Positions 53,594 through 64,000 of a DNA stretch of 64,000 nucleotides are shown piece after piece. Position 1 is the stretch's first letter. Each line of letters begins with the position of its first letter. The notes under the pieces are model-generated. The model had not been told where the DNA came from and made no database searches. It worked only from the letters and a program-made list of their open reading frames with translations. Source of the stretch: Ptychomitrium polyphyllum (Eukaryota). Where the stretch lies: contig OZ316776.1 in assembly GCA_973851085.1 (NCBI GenBank), positions 14,136,001-14,200,000 on the forward strand, in the 5' to 3' direction. Both the position numbers and the translations under genes were made by a program.

Positions 53594-53760
53594 GTCTATG
53601 ATAACACGAATATTTGATATATTGGCTAGGATCTGAAAATGATCTATCTTGGAAATAATGCTGCATACAAATAGAGGTTTGGATATCTCTGCTCCCTTCT
53701 TATACTTGTCTATGAAGGAAAAACTTCTCTGTGAAGCTAACGGCTACTGATGACACATCA

Positions 53761-56700
53761 TCACTGACCTGGTTTCTGAAGATATCTTTGATGAAATTCG
53801 AGTACCTTCTCGGATGCATTTGTTACATTCGTTGAAGGTTCCCATGTTCGGTCATTGATGCCATATCCTTGCCAATGTATAAGGTACTCCACACGTCCGT
53901 TTTTGATGTGTGAATCTAAGATCTCTTCCACTTCATATTCAATTTCATTATTGATTTCCAGCGGAGGAGGCGGAGGGACAATTCTTTCTGGTATACATGA
54001 TTTGTTATAGGTTTCCAATAACGATACGTGGAATACTGGATGAATTTGCATGCTTGGTGGTAGCTTTAGGCGATAACTAACCGGATTTATCTGTTTGCTG
54101 ATTTCAAATGGTTCAAGCCTTTGATAGTCCAACTTCTTTGATGGTCTTTTTGTTTGTATATTTCGTCGTAGGAGCCATACGCTGTCTCCAACCTTGAACT
54201 TTCGATGGTCCTTTCGATGGCAATCTGCATAAGTTTTGTAATGATCTTGAGCTTGTTGTAACTGGAAGGTAATTTCTTGATGGATTTTAGCAAGTTGAAT
54301 TGCAAAATCCTCTACTGCAGGACTTCCAATATGCTTTACTTGAAATGGATCTGCTCGATGATGATGGCCATAGTTTGCAAAGAATGGACTTTGAATTATT
54401 GAAGAATGCACCGTATTGTTATAAGCAAATTCTGCCAAAGGCAAGAGGTTCATCCAGCTGTCTTGTTGGTAGTTTATGCTACAACAAAGGTACTGTTCCA
54501 AAATTTGATTTACACGTTCGGTTTGGCCATCAGTTTGTGGATGGTGTGTTGAAGAAAGGTTGATCTTTACACGCAACAGCTGGAATAGAGCCCTCCAAAA
54601 GTTGGAAATGAACTGCGGCCCCCGATCGGATACAATATCATCTGGTAGTCCATGTATGCGGTAGACGTGATTGAGGAACAACTTGGCAGTTTTTTCTCCC
54701 GTTACCGTCTTGTTGCATGGAATGAAATGTGCCATTTTGATAAATCGATCCACCACTACCAAAATAGAATCCTTAGAATCGGAATTTGGAAGATCCGTGA
54801 TAAAATCCATTGGTAAAGACAACCATGGGCCCTTTGGCACTGGAAGCGGATGGAGGAGACCATGAGGTTGGTGCCTCGGTACCTAGGTTCTTGCAGAAGT
54901 GTCGCATGATCAAATAAAGTCCTTTACGTACTTCCACATTTGTGGCCACCAATAGTTTCTAGCAATCAACTCCATTGTTTTATTGAATCCAAAATGTCCT
55001 GCTGTTGGAAAATCATGACGTGCTTGAAGGATCTTCAACCGCAAAGGGCCTGGAGGTAGGTACAAAAGTCCTTTATACCAAAGTAGGCCCTCTTGGATTT
55101 CAAAGTCTTCATCACTATTTGAAGGGCTTCCATTGTCTTTGAGGCGCTTCTTTATATTTGAAACAAAGACGTCATTCTTTAAAGCCTTCCAAATTTTGTC
55201 AAGATGGGATGTTGTCGTTCTAATCATTGCTTTCAATTGAAGATTCTTAGGTTTCAATAAAATAGTCCTTTGTTGATCCAAAACATCATCTCCAGGTTGC
55301 GGAGCTAAATAGGATCTTCGAGATAAGGTATCTGGCTTACCTTGCAAGCTACCCGATCGATAGGTAATGACAAAGTCAAATCTGGAAAGCAACATACTCC
55401 ACATTGCTTGATGGCGATTGAAAACACGCGCACTCATGAAATACTCCAAGTTCTTGTGGTCTGTGTATATTGTGATGGTATGTTGGGCTCCTTCCAATAA
55501 GTGTTGCCATTCTTCAAACGCATCCACAATTGCAAGTAGTTCTTTATCATGTATATCATAGTTGATCTCTGCCGCTGAGAACTTCCTTAAATGAAAGGCA
55601 AGAGGGTGAAGTCTCTCGATTTCATCATATTGTGAGAGTACTGAGCCAAGCGTAAAATCTGAAGCATGTGCTTCCAAATACAAAGGCTTTGATGGATTTG
55701 GATGAATAAGAATTGGAGCCGACGTGAATGACTTCTGAAGACTTTGAAATGCTTTTTCCGCCTCTTCATCCCAAATGAATTTTTGCTTCCCCGTAAGACG
55801 TGTTAATGGTGCCGCAATCTTGGAATGATTCTTGATGATTATCCTGTAGAAATTTACAAATTCTAAGAAGTATTGAACATCTCGAATTGATCTTGGCATA
55901 CTCCACTCCATGACAGTGCTTATTTTCTTCTTATCCATATGGATTCCTCCTTTGGAAATGATGTAGCCTAAAAATTCAACCAAGGATTCATGGAATAGGC
56001 ACTTTTCCAATTTGGCATATAATCCTCGCTGGCGTAGTTTTCCTAGAGTAATCGCACATGACATTCGTGGTCTTGTTTATCCTTTGAATGTATCAAAATG
56101 TCATCCAAGTAAATGACTACAAAATTGTCCAAATGTTCATGGAAGATATCATTCATCATATGTTGGAAGACCGCGGGGGCATTTGTAAGGCCAAAAGACA
56201 TGACATTGTATTCAAAATGACCATACCAAGATCGAAAAGCTGGCTTCCATTCGTCTCCTTCTTTGATGCGTACAAGATTGTAGGCTCCTCTAAGATCAAT
56301 TTTAGTGAATATCTTTGCTTGGCCAAGTTGTTGTAGGAGTCCAAAGATTAATGGTAATGGATAGCGATTCTTTTTTGTTACTTTGTTGAGGCCTCGATAG
56401 TCCACGCACATACGTAATGATCCATCTTTCTTCTTTACAAATAGAATGGGTGCTCCAACAGGTGATTTAGAGTGTTGAATGAAACCCTTTCCAAGGTTTT
56501 CATCAATATATTCTCTCAAGGCAGTCAACTCGGTATGTGATATGCTATAAATAGGTCCAAAAGGTGGTTGCAACTCAATGGTATAATTGTAAGGTCGGTG
56601 CTTTGGTAACATGTCTGCATTCTTCTTCTAAAAAACGTCTTTATAATCTTGATATTGATGAGGTTTATTTTTATTAGACTCCATTGTTGATCTGTACATT

Positions 56701-58069
56701 GGCGTGGCATAAATGGCATAGATTGGTTCATCCTTTGCCGCTCTCATGAATGCCTTAGCTCCAATAAATGATGGTCCAAGATTTCTCGTATCTTGACGTC
56801 TTTTCCTTGAGACCACACTTCGTGAGCGCCAGTTAATGTCTAGATTATGTAATTCAAACCAAGGAAGGCCCAAAACAATAGGATTCATTCGGCATTGAAT
56901 GATGTTGAAGACAATCTTAGATGCCTGGTCTCCTAAAACAACCTCCAAGAGTTGAGTTTCTTTAATAACGTTGCCAGACGCAAGAGATCGTCCATCAATA
57001 ACTTCAACAGGTGCGGGGTATTTTTTCTTCACAAGCACCATGTGATGTTTGGTTGGAAAATCCTTGTCCATAAAACATGCCATTGCACCAGTGTCTAAGT
57101 GAGCGTCACTAATTATTTCATCATCTAACAATTCTATTTTGATAGGAAATGTAAAACAAGAAGTAGGATTTGAAAGTAGTAAGAGACCTTGATTTGATGG
57201 TCGTTTCCTTGTGGTGTCCCGTTGCATGGTTCCTACTGTGACTGGACAGCCTCGTTCTTCAACTCCACCATTGTGCTTTGAGCCTTAAACGCAGATCCTT
57301 TAATTTGACAATTGTGCACTTTATGTCCAGACTTGCCACAATACAAGTATAGGTTTTCTCTTCAACGCCTTTCTTTTTCTTCTGGAGTCAAACGTCTTAA
57401 CAAGGCAACATCAATTTGCATAGGTTCTGGTCCTTGTGGTCAGCTTTCCAATATTCTTGACGAAGTGGTAGACATGCTTTGATGTACTGGTCGCCATCCC
57501 AAGCGTTGTTCTTGGCGCCTCTCAAATAATCTATTGTTGCATACTATTGCTTGAGTGATGAATTCGTCCAATGTTTCAACTGTTTACATTGTGAGTAGCA
57601 AGTCCTACACATTCTCTCTTAAGCCCCATCGGAATTGTGTGACCAAGGCCTTATCATTCCAATCAAGGTCGCAAGCTAATTGTCGAAACTCTGCAGCATA
57701 TGTAGCAGCTGAGCGCTGTCCTTGTTGGAGACTCTGGATCCTTGTTTCAGCCACCCTCTCTCGATCAGTGTCTCCAAAAGCAGATGTCAATGCTTCTATA
57801 AAAGCACCTAAGTTGTTCAATAATGGTGACTACTTCTCCATTAGGGGTGCAAACCACGTTAGTACATTGTTTGATAAAAGAGTGGCCACAAATCCCACTT
57901 GAGTTGTGCCATCAGGATAGTGAGATTGATGCAAACTAAGGAAGAGCCTTACTTGTTGAACAAAGCCTTTTAATTTTGATCTTGATCCATCGAACTTGTC
58001 CGGCATGCAAATCTTTGGCTCTGCATGGGTTTGACGTAAGCCTTCTCTTCCAATATTGGCTTCTCGCAA
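53761..58069 (-). pseudogene. gag-pol: gag-pol of element B, with stops and frameshifts
   Basis: Same motifs as A (PR HLDTGA, RT YLDD, RH, INT, chromodomain). The 384-aa and 359-aa ORFs translate identically to those of A. Confidence 0.93.
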
Positions 58070-59667
58070 TCAAACAACCTCTTGATATAAGCTTTGAATA
58101 TCACCATTGGATACTTCAACTTACTGAGTGTGTTGCTCCAAATTGTTGATGGTGTTGAAGCGGGCGAGTTCTATTTGAACTGTATTTAATAACTCTTGAA
58201 GGTCTGCAATAGTTGCAAACCTATTCTCTGATGTTCCAGGCACGTTATCCATTTTTTAAGACTCTCAAAGACAGAAAGATAATGAGTACCTTCAAAGGAG
58301 GGCAGTGCACATCCTTTGAAAGAACTAGTACCTAATTCTAGAAGAAGAAACCAATTCTATGGTGCCAGCTTAGAAGAGGGTAATCCGCAACCTCCAAGAC
58401 GGTATGGAATCCTAAAGAAGATGGATAATCCACAATCTTCTTCAAAGAACCTTAGCTCTAACAAAGATGAAGAGTAGTCTTGTCAAACTATTAAAGACAC
58501 AAGAAACAAGAAGCAGAAACGATGTGTTTCCCAAGAATTAGCTTCCAAAGAGCTAATGATTAACAAGAACTTGATACAAAGACTAGAACAAGGCACAATT
58601 CAAGATGATCCACAACTTGTGTTGGCAAGACTAAGGAATACCTTGTCTTGCCTCCTATTTATACTATGACGGTTGTATCTCCTAGGATATTTCTAAAGAA
58701 GCTTCGTATAAGGCTTAAGAATGTTTTGGAAGTCTAGAGAACCTTTCAAAGATGTTTCCTAAGATGTTGGAACCTTACTAAGAAGTTTCACAAGATGTTC
58801 AAACCTTCCTTGGAAATTTCGTAAGATAACGGAACCTTCTTAGAAAGTGTCTTAAAGAGGTAGATCTTTCCTAGAATGTTTCTTAAGGTGGTTGATCCTT
58901 GCTGGGAAATTTTGTGAGATGATCGATTCTTTGTAGGGAGTTTCTTAAGAAGGTACCTCAAATGATGGAGCCTTCTTAGGAAGTTTTTTAAGATGAAGGA
59001 ACTCTCCTAAGAAGCTTTCTAATAACATGGAAAAGCTATAAAGACATTTTAAAATGTTCTAAGAAGGTATTACAATATACTATAAGGTTCTAGAATGTTT
59101 TAAGGACTATGTTGCATGATTTATATTCGTGACACAAAGTATGCTAATTGCACCATTGCAGATACATCAAGCAATATGTTGCATGTCAATACTTTGACTT
59201 TGAATTTTGGGCACAAATAATGTTTAATGTGGTCTATACTTGCAATTAATATCCAACTAGTGCACTTGCATCTTAATGAAACATGGAGAAACTTGCCTTA
59301 CATTATATATATGTGTGTATTTGGATGCATTCCATGTGCCTGGGTGCTTAAACCGAAGACGAGCAAATTTGAGCAAAGGCCACTAAGTGTTTGTTTTTGA
59401 AACATTATGAAGGCACTAAGACACATAAATTGATGTGTTTGAAAATTAAGAAGGTCATCAAAAATCATCATGCAACATTAAGAGAAGATAATTATTGTAA
59501 AAACATTTGAAGATGCACAAATCTCCCAAACTAGCCTCCAAAGATAGCAAGGTAATGGACACCATAGAATAACGGCAAATCTTCAAAGAATAAAAAGCAA
59601 CAAGCACTAGAAGGGTGAAAAAGTAGATAACCAGCCCATCAAAGAACCTTGATATCTTATAAAAAAG

Positions 59668-62600
59668 TCTCACGCACCTCTCCTTGAAGAGTGCTTGCAA
59701 CACTAGGGGCACAAGGAGGACCCTAGAGTGACGTTTGGGACTTGTGGCGCTGATAGTGAGAGGAACCGAGTAGGCCTAGCGTGGGAATGACCTCTAGAGA
59801 AGAAACATCCTTGTCCATGTAGACCGAGGGCCACAAGGGATAAATCGTGAGTATTAAAAGAATCACAAAGAGTTGATTCTAGAATGCTAAAGATTGCTCA
59901 AATTGGACAGGAGAGCTAAAAGATATGGCATCCCAAAGTCGGGGTTGCCAAAGGGCTGTTCTAGACTGTGGCAGCCCTACACAGTGACTGTATTGGATTG
60001 GGACAGTCCAGGGAGGGACTCCCCGAGAGTCCCGAACCTTGGGAGAGGCATATCTCCCAAACTACTAACTCAAATTGGACGTTTGAGGAGTCTATTGGCA
60101 TTTGCGCGAAGAGTAGATGACGATAAAGTGGTTGCTGAATAGATTCGGGCACTGAACAAGCAAGATATGGCTCCTTGAAGGTCCATAGGGAGTTCCCGAG
60201 GCTTTCGACGGCTAAGTCTAAGGAAGATCGGGTGGTCTTCCAAAACTCTAGATGTGTCGGGTTTCAGCCAGCTACAAAAGGTCAAGGGGCCTGCCAAATC
60301 CCATAGAGAATACTATAAGGGAGGGCTGGTCTCCCTGCTCACTCCCCTAGTGTCCCAATAGGAACCAAAGGTGAGTCCCGGTTGGTGGGGCTAGTGTTGG
60401 GGCTTCACCACGGGGACTTCCACACCATTGTAAGCCGGCGGACGGCCGGTTACACAAAGGAAACTAGTGAGATCAAGAGGGCACGCTTGTTCCTACTAAG
60501 TTGGGGTGGTGTCTTCACGCCGGCACCATGATGGCTTGGGGTGCTTTTAGAATCCCATGGAAATCATGAGTGGTGGTGAGGAGATACCACTAAGTGCGAT
60601 TGGGCCGTGTAGAATGGGAGTAACACCAAGTGAGGCCTTGAACATGAATGGAAGTCCGCACCTAACCATTGGGTACCAATCAATTGGGTGTCCTAAAAGA
60701 AATGGTGGAGGGACTTGGAGAGTGAGAATGGGGGTTAACCATGTGTATATGGAGGTATACAACGTAAACGCGCGTAACGCTTGCTAAGGTGCATTACAAG
60801 GGTTGCGACATTTGGTATCAGAGCAAGCTTTGAGTATCCAAGTGCTACGTTGGAAGGAGGCAATGGGTAAGAAGAATACCGGTGATGGCGGAGATTCCAT
60901 GGCCTCTAAACGACTACGCACAAGGATGAACAAAGACTCCGATCCGATTAATGAAGCTCCATTTTTCAATTCCAATGAGCAAGCAAATGACATTGGAATC
61001 ACCGAGGAAGTTGAGGAAACTCAACAAGACAAAGCATTAAAGGGAGGAGAGTACTCAGGAGCTAGGATTCTTGAGCCACCTGAGGGCCTAGAAAGTCAGG
61101 ACCCTGACTTGAGTTTTTGCATGAAAATGCTTGAGTTCATGGACGGTGTGAATTAAGAATTCAAGCGTGACAAATGCAGAAAGGACCCGTGAAGAGAGGT
61201 TGATTGAGCACTTGAAGGCACAAGGTTCCAGGTCCTCATCTTTGACCAAGAAGTTGGCCAAGGTGAACATGCCAAGCACTTTTTCTGGGCTAGATAAGGC
61301 CAGAAAGGTGAAGGAGTTTCTTCTGGAAATGGACAACTATTATGATGTTCAAAACCCGGAGGAGGTGGACAAAGTTTCAATTGCGGTGACCGTTTTAAAA
61401 AACCATGCTCTTCATTGGTGGACAAGTAAAAAGGAACAAGAGCCAGAATTGGTGGCGACTTTGTCTTGGGTCAATTTTAAAGAGATTTTGAGTGAACGCT
61501 TTACTTCAGAATACCAAGAGTTGAGGGAAGGCATGAACTTAATGCAAATGAGGCACACCGGGTTGCTCAAGACTTATATGCAAGATTTCAACGCCCAAAT
61601 GAATGCCACACTCAAAATGAATGAGTTTTCAAAGAAATGGATCTTTTTGGGTGAGCTTCAAAAGTGGGTGGTGGACGCCTTGTTGAAGTTCCCAAAGCTT
61701 CTGGAGGACGTGGCGAGAATCATTAAGATTGCGGAAAGAATTGAAGCCGACAGTCCTGAAAGAAAATCAAGTGGTCCCTCTCAACGAAGTGGATTGAGCC
61801 AAAATGTATCTTGCAACGGGGAACGCAAGAAATTTGGCTTTGGAAACAAACACAAGGGACAAGTAGATGGAAGGGCCTACAACAAAGTGGACCATCATGA
61901 GAGAAAACCATTCAAATCAAGAGATAAGAGTGTTGAGGTGAAGCACAAGCGTTGCCACGGGTGTGGCAAGATTGGTCACTTCATTGCGGAGTGCCCCGAT
62001 AAAAAGGTGAGTACCAAAGCTTGTCACGCTTGTGTTGTGGATCACATTTTAGAAGGTGGATTTATGGCCAACGCTAGTAGCCTTAAGCCAAGGTCGAGTC
62101 TCTTATACCTTGAGGCCCAAATAAATGGCAAAAATGTCTCATGTTTGATTGACACAGGGGCAACGCACTCCTTCATGAGTCCCAAGCTAGCAAAGGTATT
62201 GGGCTTGTTCGCTCAAAAAGCTAATAAGCCCATCAACGTGCGATTTGCAAAAGGCAAACCGTACGAGACGAAGGAGGTGGTGTTGGATGTGCCCTTCAGT
62301 AGTGGAACATTGGAATTGAAGGAAAATTTACACTATGTGAAATGGATGAGATAGACTTCATTTTAGGTGATACCTTTTTCGAAACTCATGTGGTGGATGT
62401 GAAACAAAAGCCAGCACGGTTAGTAGTGCGCCATGGTGGGAAGGAGGCAATATTGAAGTTGACTCAAAATCCTATGGTTGCTCGAGGCAAGTTAAACTTA
62501 GTCTCCTTGGAACAATTGATGAATAACCAATTTGTGGTTGTGATGCAAATGGAGCAAGAAGAGGGGAATAGGCCAAGTTCCAAGGAGGTTAGGACTACTC

Positions 62601-64000
62601 CCAAGTGCATTCAAATTGTACTAAGTGGTTATAAGGATGTGCTCACCAATGAGCTGTACGCAGAGTTACCGCCAAGAAGAGAAGTGGATCACAAAATTGA
62701 AGTGATACTGGGAACGGAGCCCCCTTCAAAGGCTCCATACCGGTTGATTCAAAACAAGCTAGATGAGTTGAAGAAGCAATTGAATGACTTGTTAGAAAGA
62801 GGCTATGTTAGGCCAAGTAAGTCGCCATATGGAGCACCAGTCCTCTTTGTAGACAAAAAGGATGGCAAGCTCCGCATGTGCGTCGACTATAGAGCCTTGA
62901 ATAAAGCCACCATCAAGAACAACTATCCTTTGCCTCGCATTGATGACCTCTTTGATAGATTGGCGGAAGCTAAATACTTTAGTCGGATAGACTTGAAGTC
63001 GGGCTACTATCAAATCCGCATTGCGGATGAAGACGTGCCAAAGACCGCATGCCGCACTAGGTATGGGTCCTATGAATTTTTGGTGATGCCATTCGGGTTG
63101 TGTAATGCTCCTTCATTGTTCACGACCCTCATGAATACCATCTTTTAAGAAGAGATGGATGACTTTGTCATTGTCTACATTAATGACATCTTGGTGTACT
63201 CCAAGTTGGCAGAAGAACATGCAAGGCACCTCGAAGTGGTGCTTCAAAAACTTAGGGACCACAAGCTTTATGCCAATGGAGAAAAGAGTGAATTTGCTCA
63301 ACTTGCGATTGAGTTCTTGGGCCACATAGTGACGGATGATGGAATCAAGCCGGACATAAGGAAGATAAAGGCAATTAGAGAGTGGAAACAACCTTCTACA
63401 CAAAAGGGGCTGAGATCATTTCTCGGCCTAGCAAATTATTAGAGGAGATTCATACACAATTTCTCCAAAATTACTAGACCTTTGTCCGACTTGTTGAAGA
63501 AAGGAGCTAGCCAAATATGAGATGAATTTTGTCACCAAGCTTTTAAGGAACTCAAGGACAAATTATTTCAACCGCCGGTATTGAAGTTTCTTGAGTTTGA
63601 AAAGCCTTTTGAGGTCCACAGGGATGTAAGTGACTTTGCCATTGGCGGAGTGCTCATGCAAGAAGGCATGCCAATTGCCTGTGAGAGCATGAAGTTGAAT
63701 GGGTGCCAAAAGAGGTGGCCCATGCACGAGAAAGAACTCTTTGTTGTAGTGCATTGTTTGAAAACATGGCGGCACTACTTGGGCCTACATAATACCAAAG
63801 TCTACACGGACAACGTGTCCTTGAAGTACTTTGAGTCGCAAGCACAAATGAGTGCAAAACAATTGAGGTGGCACGACACCTTGGCACTCATGAATGTGGA
63901 TTTGATCCACAAGCCGGGGCAAGACAATGTAGTGCCGGATGCTCTAAGTAGGCGGGAGGAGTTGCTAGCAAAGGGCACAACCCAAGTCCTGCGAGTAATG
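59668..64000 (+). mobile_element. Element C: tRNA-iMet-primed Ty3/Gypsy retrotransposon, decayed, truncated by window end
   Basis: 5' LTR 59668-60810 (ends GCGACA), PBS TGGTATCAGAGC at 60813-60824, followed by gag-PR-RT-RH. Confidence 0.93.
60863..64000 (+). pseudogene. gag-pol: gag-pol of element C
   Basis: Zinc knuckle CHGCGKIGHFIAEC; protease [24 protein letters not shown] with catalytic motif mutated to YIND; RH HEKELF. Stops at 61154, 63146 and 63440, frameshift at ~62340. Confidence 0.9.

Larger units (their letters stand above)
52524..59134 (-). mobile_element. Element B: second copy of the chromodomain Gypsy family, inverted relative to A, probably recombinant
   Basis: 5' LTR 59134-58489, PBS 58488-58475, PPT 53120-53107, 3' LTR 53106-52524. 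Flanks GAAAC/CAAAG do not form a TSD. Confidence 0.95.

Overview
Eukaryotic, intron-rich plant genomic DNA. Gene content and retroelement types suggest a moss, probably Physcomitrium or a relative (inference). Three intact spliced genes: a WD40 RID3/IPI3/WDR18-like gene (+, ~2926-6124), a full-size ABCB6/20-type transporter (-, 8098-16200) and a PRA1.H-like gene (-, 47610-49862). A TMEM144-like transporter (-, 43653-45298) appears pseudogenised. Two complete but decayed chromodomain Ty3/Gypsy elements (Tcn1/Tf1-sushi-like) face each other as an inverted pair: A at 31166-37753 (+) and B at 52524-59134 (-). A second, tRNA-Met-primed Gypsy family is represented by a truncated element (59668-64000), a solo LTR split by element A, and an LTR fragment at the window start. 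Other features are nested solo LTRs near 750-1500, a complex perfect tandem duplication (19.66-21.6 kb), a 2.26-kb heptamer satellite (GCATTG[A/G/C])n, and a probable decayed DNA-transposon relic. Most notable: (1) a ~3.2-kb near-identical tract, sharing inactivating mutations, between the otherwise diverged inverted elements; (2) a tRNA-independent self-priming PBS, a -1 frameshift signal and an extra 3' ORF in those elements; (3) a pristine satellite that varies at essentially one position and has higher-order structure. Coordinates and identities were read by eye, without alignment or database search.
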